Shown here one piece after another: positions 29,454-39,860 of a stretch of DNA of 64,000 nt (its first letter is position 1; each line of letters starts with the position of its first letter). The position numbers and the translations under genes are program-made. The DNA is from an uncultured delta proteobacterium (lineage in GTDB: Bacteria > Desulfobacterota > Desulfomonilia > UBA1062): the NCBI GenBank assembly GCA_963752595.1, contig CAVVYZ010000002.1, forward strand, positions 256,001 through 320,000, given 5' to 3'. The notes below the pieces were generated by a model that saw only the letters and a list, made by a program, of their open reading frames with translations, was not told the DNA's origin and did not search any database.

Positions 29454-31934
29454 CTAGTCCTCAAGGAATGCCTCAAGGTCCCTGATGAGATTCTGAAGCG
29501 CCTTCTCGTCGACCAGCTTGTTCCTGTCGTCGATCAGCTTCTTTGCCCGGAAGGTATCGAGCGCGCCTTTGTAAACCGGCAGGCACAGAGCTTCATACCG
29601 GTGTATCTCACCTTTTTTATAGATCCGTGAAGCATACCTGTTGATTGCTTTCAGAGGGTCTTTCTTTCCGAGGTCTTTGGTTTTCAGGACAAACTTTGCC
29701 ACGCACAGGTACGACTCGATGTAATTTTCAAGGAGCCCGTCGAACATGAGTGCGACATTTTTCTTCTCCGGATTGATCGTGTAGACTGATTTTTTCTGGA
29801 GGATAATTTCCTTTTCTGTCATGAACCGGATAGCCTTCTTGAAACTCTCCATATCCAGGATGAATTCGCTTTCAAGCAGGTCTGCAAGGCTCTTCACCTG
29901 CCCATTGAAGCTCTTTTCGTCAAGGCCGTCCGGGTATTTGATGATGACGCTGCATATGAGCGATGCGGGCACAAAGAAGTTGAGGATGGTATTCTTGTAA
30001 TATTCAAGATGTATCCTTTTTTCGCCCACGGTGTTCAGGAGAGATGCGTCATTTTCGCTGTCCGGCTCGTCGATGGAGACGAGGTGTTTTGTCTTGAGCA
30101 GGGAATACGCCTCGTCAAAGGCCTTCTGCTCGTCAGCGAGCGAGGAGGCCATATCGCACCCGAGGTACGAGAGGTAATCCCGGAAGATATGAAACCCTTC
30201 CCGGAGCACATGCTCTTCGATAGCCGAATCAAAGCTCGTGAGCACGCAGGAGAGGATCGAGAACGGGGTGGCAACGGTCTGCTGGTAAATGGAGGAGATG
30301 ATCTCCTGGGCGACCGTATCATAGAGCTCTTCCTTCTGGTCGCTGTCCATGCTGGAATACAATGACTTTCCCTTCATGAAGTCATTCATGGAGATGGGCC
30401 TGGCAAAACGCACATAAACCTTGCCGTAGCGGTTTTTCAGAACATTGCCTGCCTTGATGAGCTGCCACAGGCTTTCCTTCTCCTTTGGAGCACCTTTCAT
30501 TTCTTGGATGTAGGAGCTTTCCTCCACGACGGTATCATACCCCACATAGACCGGGACAAAGATGACATCGCGGGTCACTCCCGATTCCCACCCCTGAATA
30601 ATCATGGACAGCAGGCCCTTTTTCGGAAGCATCAGCTTGCCTGACCTGCTCCGTGTCCCCTCTATGAAGAATTCCAGGGGGATCCTTTCCTGGAGAATGG
30701 TCCTTACATAGGCCGCAAAGGTATGGGCATAGAGAGGGTTGTCCTTGAATGAACGCTTCATGAAAAAAGCACCACCCTTCCTGAAAATCGTACCCAGAGG
30801 GAAGAACGAGAGATTGATTCCGGCGGCAATCACCGGGACGCTCATCCAGTTCTGGAAGAGGGTATAGGAAAGGATAAGGTAATCGAAATGGCTCTTATGG
30901 CAGGGGACATACACGATGGAGCCGTTGCGTGCCATTTCCTTCACTGCCTGAATGCCCGGTTCGGCCACATCGAGGCCGTCATATATATTATTGAAAACCC
31001 ATGTCAGGGACTTGTTCAGGAAATTGATGGTTGCAGGGCTCAAGTCCGATGCAATCTGGTCAAGGTGTTTGTATGTCGTGCCTTCCAGTTTTTCGAGGCT
31101 CATCCCGGTTTCGGCTGAGTTGGACCTCAAGTATGACTGGAGGAGGGGGTCTCTGATCGTCTTCTTGATGATGAACCCCCTGTCACGGATGGGCGCGCCG
31201 GAGATATTCCTGCCCAGGACGGCGAGCTTCTGCTGCAGATCATTTTTGATATCGGTCGAAATCTCCTCGAAGAATTTCGACCCTCCCACGCATTGCCTGA
31301 TGATCTCTTTGAGGTTAATGGGTTCGCCGTGCTCCAGGAATCCATGCTCCTCGGCCCTGATCAGCGTCATGACCTTGCGTATACCCCTGACGGAGGCCTT
31401 TTCCTCTTTTGTCGCATCTTTGAGTTTCAAGGGCATCCGGTTATAGACGATCCTCTGGGGGAGGAGATAAATGGGCCGGTCCGTATCACGCTGTATCTTC
31501 AGGAGCTCGAGTATGGGGTCAAGCATCCGACCGCCGTTTATGAGATCCAAAGACAGCAGCGATGCACTCTTTTCATCTTCCATGAACTGCCGGTAGAAGT
31601 CGTTTTCAAATGGAGATGACGGACCGGCGATAAGCGCCTTCAGCATGCTTATGGTTCTCCCTACCGGCTGCAGGAGGGTGAATTTCCTGCCGAAGACCAC
31701 CCTTGGAACCGGGAGCCCTTCCCGCGGGAAGCGGTTGTTCATAAGCATGCCGTCGATGGTGCTCTCCATGCTGTGTACGAATACGATATGCCCTTTCTGG
31801 GAAAGGCTCGAGACGGATTCCTTATACAGCTCCGGAATGGTAATCTGGTTGAAAAGCCGTCGAAGGACCGGGCCTAAGAGAAAACCGTAATCGCCCTCGA
31901 AAAGATATGCGTAACCTTTCTTTCTATGACTCAT
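29454..31934 (-). CDS. plsB: Glycerol-3-phosphate acyltransferase, PlsB-like
   Basis: PCHKSHFDY (HxxxxD), AAGINL, GAFFMKR, EFFIEGTRSRSGK, GKVYVRF. Confidence 0.85.
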   Translation of the reverse strand: MSHRKKGYAYLFEGDYGFLLGPVLRRLFNQITIPELYKESVSSLSQKGHIVFVHSMESTIDGMLMNNRFPREGLPVPRVVFGRKFTLLQPVGRTISMLKALIAGPSSPFENDFYRQFMEDEKSASLLSLDLINGGRMLDPILELLKIQRDTDRPIYLLPQRIVYNRMPLKLKDATKEEKASVRGIRKVMTLIRAEEHGFLEHGEPINLKEIIRQCVGGSKFFEEISTDIKNDLQQKLAVLGRNISGAPIRDRGFIIKKTIRDPLLQSYLRSNSAETGMSLEKLEGTTYKHLDQIASDLSPATINFLNKSLTWVFNNIYDGLDVAEPGIQAVKEMARNGSIVYVPCHKSHFDYLILSYTLFQNWMSVPVIAAGINLSFFPLGTIFRKGGAFFMKRSFKDNPLYAHTFAAYVRTILQERIPLEFFIEGTRSRSGKLMLPKKGLLSMIIQGWESGVTRDVIFVPVYVGYDTVVEESSYIQEMKGAPKEKESLWQLIKAGNVLKNRYGKVYVRFARPISMNDFMKGKSLYSSMDSDQKEELYDTVAQEIISSIYQQTVATPFSILSCVLTSFDSAIEEHVLREGFHIFRDYLSYLGCDMASSLADEQKAFDEAYSLLKTKHLVSIDEPDSENDASLLNTVGEKRIHLEYYKNTILNFFVPASLICSVIIKYPDGLDEKSFNGQVKSLADLLESEFILDMESFKKAIRFMTEKEIILQKKSVYTINPEKKNVALMFDGLLENYIESYLCVAKFVLKTKDLGKKDPLKAINRYASRIYKKGEIHRYEALCLPVYKGALDTFRAKKLIDDRNKLVDEKALQNLIRDLEAFLED

Positions 31935-31995
31935 AATTTTTCGGGATTATAGACCAAGCATCCGGCCTTGGGAAGATCATTTTCGCGTGAAGCGA

Positions 31996-33786
31996 TTAAC
32001 CATCCTGTTCAGAATACGGCCGGCTGCTCTCGCGCACGAATTGCAGGATATGGGTTACATCTTTTTCAGTAAGGCCTTTGCATCCTTTGAGGTCTTCGCG
32101 CTTCAGCCGCGATATCTCCGGTACATGAGCGGTGTGCATGAGGATCGAGCGGGCCTTTTTCGGCCCTATCCCCGGTATATCCTCCAGCGCGGTAGATATG
32201 TTCTTTCCCCGGAGATGCTTGTGGTATTTCACGGCAAAGCGGTGGGCTTCGTCCCTGATCTGCTGCATCAACCTGAGGGCCTGACTCCTTGGGGGCAGGA
32301 TGATGGCGTCCTTTCTTCCGGGGAGGAAGAACCGGTCTCCCTTCGTGCCCTTGGGCTTTGCCATGGCAACGACCGGGAGAGAGGAAAGGCCGAGGCGGGC
32401 GAGCACTTTGCAGCATATGCCGAGCTGGCCCTTGCCTCCATCGATTATGAGAAGGTCCGGCTTTATCTCGCTGCTGCAGAGCCTCCTCGTCAGCACCTGC
32501 TCCATCATGGCGAAATCGTCCTGGCCTTGGATGTCCCTGATGCGGTAGTGCCTGTAGAGGGTCTTGTCCGGCTCGGAACCCATGAAAACCGCCCGCGAAG
32601 CCACTGGATGGCTCCCCTGGAAGGATGAGATGTCGAAGCATTCCATGCGGTAGGGCAGAGATTCCAGGTTGAAGGAGCGGGCGACATCATCCAGTACGGA
32701 TGTGTCGTTCTTCTTTCCGTATGACCGGGCGTTTTCCTGTGCCATGCTCACCCACAGCCTGGGTTTGCCGCGGACAGCCTTGCGGATGGAGACCCTTGAA
32801 CCTCTCAAGTCCGAGAGGATCTGCTCCAGGATGTCGTTTCCCTCGGGCAGGGTGTCCGTATAGATGAAGGGTGGGATATTGTTGTTGTGAAGATAGAACT
32901 GGAGGATGCAGTTCGTCATGAAGCCATCTTCTTCGGTGTTGCGCACGGCAAAGGTGCTGCTGTCGGTCAGGGTGCCTTTGGCGATGTGCAGGACTGCGAT
33001 CTGCACCTGGTCCTGGTGCCGGTGGGTGCCGAAGATGTCGATGTCGGTAGGGGCGTTTCCGACGACCACCTGGGGCACGAGGCTTTCCTGTATCGCCAGG
33101 ATCTGGTCGCGGATTTTTGCAGCGGTTTCGTAATTCTGCCTGGCCGCCTCCTTCTTCATGCGCTCCTGGAGCCTCTGTTCGAGGAAACTGTTCTTGCCTT
33201 CCAGGAAGGTGATAAGGTCCTCCACGACTTCGTCGTAGCGGGCCTTGGTGATTCTGTTTGCACAGGGGCCGGTGCACAGCCCTATCTGATAGTACATGCA
33301 CGGCCTTATCCTGTTCTTGAAAACGGAGTCCTTGCACCTTCTCAAAGGAAATATCCTGTTGATCGCCCTCAGCGTAGTTCTGATCGCATATGCCGACGAG
33401 TAGGGGCCGAAGTAGCGGGCACCGTCTTTGAGAACCTTCCGGGTGATCGATATCCGCGGCCACTGCTCACTGGCGCTGATCTTGATGCGCACATAGGTCT
33501 TGCCGTCCTTGAGGTCGACATTGAAGCGGGGCTTGTGGGTCTTGATGAGCTGGTTCTCCAGAAATAAGGCTTCTTTTTCATTCCTGGTGATGATGAAATC
33601 CACGGTTTCGGTCTGATCCGCGATATACGGGACATTCGGCCTCGTATCCTGCCCGAGGTAGGCATGGACCCGTACTTTCAGGTCTTTTGCCTTGCCGATA
33701 TAGATGATTTTCCGCTCGGCGTTTTTCATGAGGTATACGCCCGTAGAGCGAGGCAGCTTCTCGATGATCTCCTGATTGAGGGCCAT
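31996..33786 (-). CDS. uvrC: Excinuclease ABC subunit C
   Basis: GVYLMK..IYIGKAKDL GIY-YIG domain, YFGPY, ECFDIS, DDFAMM, PDLLIIDGGKGQL, IRDEAHRFA, HhH IPGIGPK. Confidence 0.96.
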   Translation of the reverse strand: MALNQEIIEKLPRSTGVYLMKNAERKIIYIGKAKDLKVRVHAYLGQDTRPNVPYIADQTETVDFIITRNEKEALFLENQLIKTHKPRFNVDLKDGKTYVRIKISASEQWPRISITRKVLKDGARYFGPYSSAYAIRTTLRAINRIFPLRRCKDSVFKNRIRPCMYYQIGLCTGPCANRITKARYDEVVEDLITFLEGKNSFLEQRLQERMKKEAARQNYETAAKIRDQILAIQESLVPQVVVGNAPTDIDIFGTHRHQDQVQIAVLHIAKGTLTDSSTFAVRNTEEDGFMTNCILQFYLHNNNIPPFIYTDTLPEGNDILEQILSDLRGSRVSIRKAVRGKPRLWVSMAQENARSYGKKNDTSVLDDVARSFNLESLPYRMECFDISSFQGSHPVASRAVFMGSEPDKTLYRHYRIRDIQGQDDFAMMEQVLTRRLCSSEIKPDLLIIDGGKGQLGICCKVLARLGLSSLPVVAMAKPKGTKGDRFFLPGRKDAIILPPRSQALRLMQQIRDEAHRFAVKYHKHLRGKNISTALEDIPGIGPKKARSILMHTAHVPEISRLKREDLKGCKGLTEKDVTHILQFVRESSRPYSEQDG

Positions 33787-33853
33787 AAATTTTCCTTACC
33801 ATGAATAGTATATCATAGCAAACAACTCTGATAGGAAGCAGGAAGCAGGCTTC

Positions 33854-33883
33854 TTGACACCTCGATACACCCCGCGATATGGT
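33854..33883 (+). promoter_or_regulatory. Putative sigma-70 promoter of pth
   Basis: TTGACA-N18-TATGGT. Confidence 0.5.
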
Positions 33884-33918
33884 AGCAATGTTCGTTTATT
33901 ATACATTAAGGTGCAAAG

Positions 33919-34497
33919 ATGAAAATAATATACGGTTTGGGAAATCCCGGAAGGCGGTATGCGAACACGCGTCACAACATCGGGTTTCTGGTCGCCGACT
34001 TCCTGTCTTCCAAATGGCGTATTCCCTTAACATACGGGACGGGTGAGCTGGTGTGCGGCAAAGGCACGGCTCGGAGAACTCCCGTGCTGATAGCAAAGCC
34101 GCAAACATATATGAACCTGAGCGGCATGCCGCTGCGAAAATTAAGTTTTGAGCTCGAAGACCTCATCGTGATCCACGACGACATGGATATCCCTGCAGGA
34201 AAAGTCCGCGTGAAGCTCGGCGGCGGGACCGGAGGGCATAAGGGGCTTGACTCCATCACCAGTGCCATCGAGGCCGACGGATATGTGCGGATTCGATGCG
34301 GCATCGGCAGGCCGGAAGACGGATCCGACCCAAGTGACTATGTCCTCGGAGCATTCACGGGAGAGGAACTTCCGGTTGTGAGGAAGCAGATCGAAGATGC
34401 GGCCTCTGCCGTCGAGATGTGCCTGAGGGAAGGCGTGGCAAAGGCAATGAACACCTTCAACAAACGCGACAGGGAAAATAAGGATAGTGATGCATAG
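33919..34497 (+). CDS. pth: Peptidyl-tRNA hydrolase
   Basis: GLGNPG..YANTRHNIGF, KPQTYMNLSG, VIHDDMD, GGHKGL, RIRCGIGRP. Confidence 0.96.
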   Translation: MKIIYGLGNPGRRYANTRHNIGFLVADFLSSKWRIPLTYGTGELVCGKGTARRTPVLIAKPQTYMNLSGMPLRKLSFELEDLIVIHDDMDIPAGKVRVKLGGGTGGHKGLDSITSAIEADGYVRIRCGIGRPEDGSDPSDYVLGAFTGEELPVVRKQIEDAASAVEMCLREGVAKAMNTFNKRDRENKDSDA

Positions 34498-34646
34498 AAC
34501 CCCGCCATCGACAATATCCTTCTCGTGTCAGGATGTATCCGGGCGGGAGAAATTCATCTCTTGGCTTGGGGGGAGTGAGGATTACTATTTTCTGTAGAGA
34601 CTTTTCGGAAGTCCAAAGGCCGTCCGAGCAATAAGCAGGTATTTCC

Positions 34647-35300
34647 ATGGATGATTCCCGCTTACTGATGATTGAATCAGCACCGTTGCGCTACCTCATT
34701 TCTGTTCCCAACCTCCCTGCACCGAAAACGGAAATGTGGCCGGTCCTCTGTTTTCTCCATGGATACGACGAGGCCGCGCCGCTGGAAATCCGGAAGGCCC
34801 TTACCCGCCACGGCCCCTTAAGGAAAGGGAGCTCGTCAAGGGCAGCCAATGAGTTCATAATTATCGCTCCCCAAGTGCCTGCTCCCGGCGGGGATGTATG
34901 GTACCAATACGAGGATGATGTCCTGCGGATCGTCGACGAGGCCCGGAGAATCTATCAGGGGGACGAGGACCGAACGTATCTGACCGGCTTCAGCTTCGGA
35001 GGGAGTGGGGTTTTTGATCTTGCATTGATCCAGTATGATTTCTGGGCAGCTCTCTGGCCGGTGGATCCCACGCGAATACCGGACAGCGACCCTGGATGCC
35101 CGGTCTGGCTTTCATTCGGAGAAATCTCCCGGAGAGCCAAGAATGGTTTTATCCGTGAATTGGGGTTGAAGCCGGCACACAGCACCATAGAGGCTGACCG
35201 TATCTATCTCGATCAGGGCCAGGATCACGTGGGGTCGGCTACGCTGGCATACCGGGATGACCGGATCTATTCCTGGCTTCTTTCAAAAAGCCTGAAATAA
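34647..35300 (+). CDS. Alpha/beta-hydrolase (predicted peptidase/esterase family)
   Basis: PVLCFLHG, IIIAPQ, RTYLTGFSFGG nucleophile elbow, late His (QDH). Confidence 0.8.
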   Translation: MDDSRLLMIESAPLRYLISVPNLPAPKTEMWPVLCFLHGYDEAAPLEIRKALTRHGPLRKGSSSRAANEFIIIAPQVPAPGGDVWYQYEDDVLRIVDEARRIYQGDEDRTYLTGFSFGGSGVFDLALIQYDFWAALWPVDPTRIPDSDPGCPVWLSFGEISRRAKNGFIRELGLKPAHSTIEADRIYLDQGQDHVGSATLAYRDDRIYSWLLSKSLK

Positions 35301-35638
35301 AAAAACGATCCTGCACCAGGCAAAAAACTTAAATTATTTCAATCATACAAAAATAAATTATCCACGGTTCGATCATTCCCATATGTAAATATGCCTCTAT
35401 AGACAGATGTGAAAATATTAATATGGTTAACTGAACGATTATAATAATAATTAATAATAAAATATAATATTGGAGAAATTAAATCATTCCAAAGCCAACA
35501 ATTCAAGGAGATAAGAAAAGCTTGACCTTTGGATTTCATATGGGTATAGGGGAATCAGCTACCACACTACTTCAGGAGATATCTTTCCTGGTAGTGTAAT
35601 TGCTCAATCGACTAACCTGAAATATTGAGTGGGGTATT

Positions 35639-37408
35639 ATGAATGTGTTGAGGAAGGTATCGAGGGTTGGGCACTGTGGAAGGGCGATGTTCTCCATGTT
35701 CCTTGTCGTGGTCTTTCTGATCGCTTCAGGGGATTGTGCGAGAGGATATATTAGAAATTATGAGTTGAATAAGGCTCCCAAGAACCAGGAGTCGAAGCTC
35801 ATCGCTTCATTCTACAAAGGGCAGAGCCGGGAAATCCCTGCCGGGCAGGCGGAGCCTATCAGCAGATCCTACACCGTCGAAGACGGGGACACCTTTTTCG
35901 AAATCCTGAAAACAAACGGCGTGTCCGGGGAAGATGCGCTATCGATTATCAAAAAAACCCGGCGCGTTTTCAATGTATCCAAGATCAAGCCCGGAAACCA
36001 GATCCAGCTCATTTTTTCTCCCAATGACCAGAGCCTGATCGAACTCAATTACGAAATCTCCGATTTGAAGAAGCTCGTGATCACTGTGTCTGGTGAGAGG
36101 ATCAAGGCTCGGAAGGTCGAGGTGGACAAAGAGGAGCACTTTATCCCTGCAAACGAATATGCACTGGTTCAGGATGAGTATCCAAGCATGCAGGCTCAAC
36201 CGGCCGAACGCCCCCAGGGGAGTGAACGGACGGCCATGGAAAAGCAGGAAAGCTCAGTACCCGGCAAGCGGCAGATCGATATAAAGGTGAAAAAAGGGCA
36301 CAGCCTGTTCGATATACTCAGTGATCTCGGTGTCGGGAGAAGTGAAATCGATACGTTCACGAAGTCGGTAAAAGGCGTGTATAACCTTGCATCCATCAGG
36401 CCTGAGAAAACCATCAGCATCTGGCTCTCCCAGGAAAAGCCCTCACAAATCGAGAGACTGACCTACGAGGTAAACGATACCGACTACCTCGACGTTACCG
36501 CCGAGGAAGGCTCTTTTCTCGCCAGGATGCGGACTTTGACCAGAGACGTACGCTTTGAGAGTGCAAGCGGTAAGATCGGAAGCAGCCTGTACGGATCGGC
36601 GGTAGCAGGAGGGGTCAATCCCGAGATCGTGATGAAGCTGGCAGATATATTTGCCTACGATATCAACTTCTTCACCGGGATTCACCCGGGAGATACCTAT
36701 TCAGTGCTCTACGAGAAATACTACGTGAAGGATCAGTTCAAGGGGTACGGAAGGGTCATGGCAGCCAAATTCGTCAACCAGGGCGTGGAACATGTGGCCG
36801 TTTACTATGACAACAAACGCAAGGACGTTCAGGGGTATTACGATGCCAAAGGACGGCCGATCAAGAAGATGTTCCTGAAGGCGCCGCTCAGTTACCGGCG
36901 CATATCATCAAGTTTCTCCCGTAACCGGCTGCACCCCATCTCCGGAGTGGTAAGGCCTCACCTGGGGGTAGATTATGCAGCACCATCAGGCACCCCGGTG
37001 TGCTCTCTCGGTCCGGGCAGGGTGGTCTACAGGGGCTGGGTGAACGGTTTTGGAAATACCATCCGGGTCAGGCATCCTGAAGGGTATATTTCCTACTACG
37101 GGCATCTTTCGAGATTCGCCAAGAGGATTGCCATGGGCAAAAAAGTCGATCAGGGAGACACAATCGGATATGTCGGTTCAACAGGATATTCCACCGGTCC
37201 TCACCTGGATTTCAGAGTAAGCTGCAATGGTAAATACATCAATCCGCTTGGCATCAAGAACGTGAACGGTCCTGCCTTGCGCGGTCGAACCCTGGCGGAT
37301 TTCAAGCGTGTATCCAACCAGAGGCTTGCCATGATGGAAAACATGAGCCGGAGCATCGCTCTGGCAATACCTAATCAGTCCGGTAAAGACAGCCGGGGTG
37401 TCAATTAG
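35639..37408 (+). CDS. M23 family peptidoglycan DD-endopeptidase (MepM-like) with LysM/OapA-like domains
   Basis: YTVEDGDTF, HLGVDYAAPSGTPV (HxxxD), YGHLS, STGPHLDF; N-terminal hydrophobic segment. Confidence 0.9.
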   Translation: MNVLRKVSRVGHCGRAMFSMFLVVVFLIASGDCARGYIRNYELNKAPKNQESKLIASFYKGQSREIPAGQAEPISRSYTVEDGDTFFEILKTNGVSGEDALSIIKKTRRVFNVSKIKPGNQIQLIFSPNDQSLIELNYEISDLKKLVITVSGERIKARKVEVDKEEHFIPANEYALVQDEYPSMQAQPAERPQGSERTAMEKQESSVPGKRQIDIKVKKGHSLFDILSDLGVGRSEIDTFTKSVKGVYNLASIRPEKTISIWLSQEKPSQIERLTYEVNDTDYLDVTAEEGSFLARMRTLTRDVRFESASGKIGSSLYGSAVAGGVNPEIVMKLADIFAYDINFFTGIHPGDTYSVLYEKYYVKDQFKGYGRVMAAKFVNQGVEHVAVYYDNKRKDVQGYYDAKGRPIKKMFLKAPLSYRRISSSFSRNRLHPISGVVRPHLGVDYAAPSGTPVCSLGPGRVVYRGWVNGFGNTIRVRHPEGYISYYGHLSRFAKRIAMGKKVDQGDTIGYVGSTGYSTGPHLDFRVSCNGKYINPLGIKNVNGPALRGRTLADFKRVSNQRLAMMENMSRSIALAIPNQSGKDSRGVN

Positions 37409-37630
37409 CCTCCCTGCGATCGTATATGGGTGCCCTACGCCCTGCAGGGTTTAAGGAGACGATCCTTACGCTTACCTGACACCTTTTATGGCATCTGTCG
37501 AATTAAGGGTTGACGTCCCCTCTGCAAGTCTGCAATGCTTGCCCTGAAACATGAAGAGAGTTGTAAGAAGCGCTGCCTTTTCAAATCAGATACCAAACCA
37601 GGACACGGATTGAAAGCCACAGACACCGCC

Positions 37631-38971
37631 ATGAAACCTTCAGATGCTGTCCGGAAGAAAACCGGCCGTACAATTTCCATCCTGCGGTCATTCCGCTCAA
37701 AAAACTACCGGCTTTTCTTTACCGGTCAAAGTTTTTCCCTTATCGGCACCTGGATGCAGCAGGTCGCCATGAGTTGGCTTGTGTACCGCCTTACAGGTTC
37801 GGCGCTCCTCTTGGGCGTCGTAGGCTTCGTGAGCCAGATACCTACTTTGCTCGTCGCTCCTATTGCAGGCGTTCTTGCCGACCGGTGGAACAGGCGAAAT
37901 CTCATCCTTGCAACACAAGGCCTTGCCATGGTGCAGGCCTTTATCCTGGCCTGGCTCGTGCTGGCCGGGAACATCAGGGTATGGGAGATCATCCTCTTGA
38001 GCGGGGTGATGGGTGTCATAAACAGTTTTGATGTCCCTTTCCGGCAGGCATTCGTCGTGGAAATGGTCAATGACAAAGATGATCTGGCCAATGCCATTGC
38101 TCTGAATTCCTCCATGTTTCACGGTACCAGGCTCATCGGGCCTTCACTTGCCGGTATCCTCATCGCTTCCGTGGGTGAAGGAGTGTGCTTCCTCATCAAC
38201 GGCATCAGCTATCTGGCTGTTCTCTGCTCCCTTTTGACGATGAAAATACTGCCAAGGCCGGTAACGCCACGTAAGCGCCGCATTCTGCATGAGTTGCAGG
38301 AAGGATTCACGTATGCCTATCAATTTACCCCCATACGTTCCATACTCATGCTGATTGCGCTGGTGAGCCTTCTCGGCATACCCTATGTCGTCCTGATGCC
38401 GGTTTTTGCCAGGGAGATACTCCATGGCGGTCCGCACACGTTCGGGTTCCTCATGACCGCTTCAGGGGTCGGCTCATTCACCGCTGCCCTCTATCTTGCC
38501 TCACGGAGGAGCATCCTCGGTCTGGAAAGGATCATTGCCGCTGCTCCGGCTCTCTTCGGCCTCAGCATCGCAGCATTTGCATTTTCCTCCATGACGTGGC
38601 TTTCTCTGGCCATTCTTGTGTTTGCAGGATTCGGTATGATGATCCATATTGCATCGAGCAACACGGTGATTCAGACGTTGGTCGACGATGACAAACGGGG
38701 ACGGATCATGAGCTTATATACTATGGCATTCATGGGAATGGCCCCGTTCGGGAGCCTTCTGGCAGGGGCGCTGGCCGGACAAATCGGTGCACCCCGAACC
38801 GTCATGCTGGGAGGCCTTTGCTGCATCCTGGGAGCCGCCGTCTTCTCACTCAAGCTGCCCAAGTTCAGAAAGGGCGCCCGTCCTGTATATGAGCGGCAGG
38901 GGATCATCCCGGCAGGCGGGTCAGCGGCCGATTCCGCGGCAGAGCTTGCCAAGACCCAGGAAGAACAGTAG
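37631..38971 (+). CDS. MFS transporter
   Basis: NYRLFFTGQSFSLIGTWMQ, GVLADRWNRR, FDVPFRQAF, DDKRGRIMS; about 12 hydrophobic segments; start uncertain. Confidence 0.9.
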   Translation: MKPSDAVRKKTGRTISILRSFRSKNYRLFFTGQSFSLIGTWMQQVAMSWLVYRLTGSALLLGVVGFVSQIPTLLVAPIAGVLADRWNRRNLILATQGLAMVQAFILAWLVLAGNIRVWEIILLSGVMGVINSFDVPFRQAFVVEMVNDKDDLANAIALNSSMFHGTRLIGPSLAGILIASVGEGVCFLINGISYLAVLCSLLTMKILPRPVTPRKRRILHELQEGFTYAYQFTPIRSILMLIALVSLLGIPYVVLMPVFAREILHGGPHTFGFLMTASGVGSFTAALYLASRRSILGLERIIAAAPALFGLSIAAFAFSSMTWLSLAILVFAGFGMMIHIASSNTVIQTLVDDDKRGRIMSLYTMAFMGMAPFGSLLAGALAGQIGAPRTVMLGGLCCILGAAVFSLKLPKFRKGARPVYERQGIIPAGGSAADSAAELAKTQEEQ

Positions 38972-38995
38972 AAGCTATCCGATAGCGGACAAGCA

Positions 38996-39035
38996 AATGC
39001 GGCAAGAAGGGCTGTTTTTCCCCTCTTGCCGCATT
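38996..39035. terminator. Hairpin between convergent genes (likely bidirectional terminator)
   Basis: AATGCGGCAAGA / TCTTGCCGCATT 12-bp perfect stem. Confidence 0.65.
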
Positions 39036-39086
39036 CACGATGCAGCCGGTTCCCAGTGCCGATACGGCAGTATGCGGAAGGTCCTT

Positions 39087-39860
39087 TTATTTCTTTCCTT
39101 TTCCTTCGTGCTTATTCTCTTTCCAAATTATATCCCCGCCGCTTTTGACAGAGCTGTTCTTTTCCTTGCCGCCGCTGTGCACGGCCTTCTCAGCGCCGCC
39201 TTTGCCCTTACTTTTGACAGAGCTGTTCTTTCCTTTGTCACCACCGCCGCGCTTGTGTTTTTCCTGCCTGATGTCCTGATCGATGACCGTAAATTTCCTG
39301 CCATCGGACCGATACTTCATGACCTGGTCAGGGGAATATCCGTAGCGATCAGATATGAACTTCAGGTTCACCTGATTGACGACATCGTCATCACTGAGAG
39401 ATATTTTTTTCCACTCCTGACGCTTGGGATGGTTTTTGTAATAGCCGTAGGCATGCCCGTGCGGGCGGCGGTCCTCGATGATCGTCACCGGGACATAATA
39501 AATCTCAGGGCTCAGACCGAAATGCAGCGTGATATCCATCCAGCTCATGCCCCTCAAGTGAAGATCCACGATAGCGCCGGGAGACACGCGAGCATTTTTT
39601 GCAAGGTAAAAAACAACGGGGAGCTCTTCATCATAAACCCCGCGGTCACGGATGATAACCACATCTCTTTCAGGGACATGGTAGTAATCACCGACAGAAA
39701 GATGAAATCCGTCTATGCCGTCTTTACCGCCTGAAATTCCCACGTCCCACTGGGTCTCTGCGATGGCCGGAGTGCTAAAGGCAAAGAGGCTTATGGCGCT
39801 CGCCAGAATGGCGATTAAGAAGCAGTGAAAAGCCGGTAATTCTTTCATTGTATTCTTCAT
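39087..39860 (-). CDS. Hypothetical exported protein with Gly/Lys-rich repeated tail
   Basis: AAGGAG RBS, signal-peptide-like segment, PHGHAYGYYK motif, duplicated KNSSVKS in the tail. Confidence 0.75.
   Translation of the reverse strand: MKNTMKELPAFHCFLIAILASAISLFAFSTPAIAETQWDVGISGGKDGIDGFHLSVGDYYHVPERDVVIIRDRGVYDEELPVVFYLAKNARVSPGAIVDLHLRGMSWMDITLHFGLSPEIYYVPVTIIEDRRPHGHAYGYYKNHPKRQEWKKISLSDDDVVNQVNLKFISDRYGYSPDQVMKYRSDGRKFTVIDQDIRQEKHKRGGGDKGKNSSVKSKGKGGAEKAVHSGGKEKNSSVKSGGDIIWKENKHEGKGKK

Noticed and set aside
38787-39734. 315-aa plus-strand ORF, and other long antisense ORFs such as 50027-51343 and 27677-28666
   Set aside because: Shadow frames opposite well-supported genes, common in GC-rich DNA; no motifs
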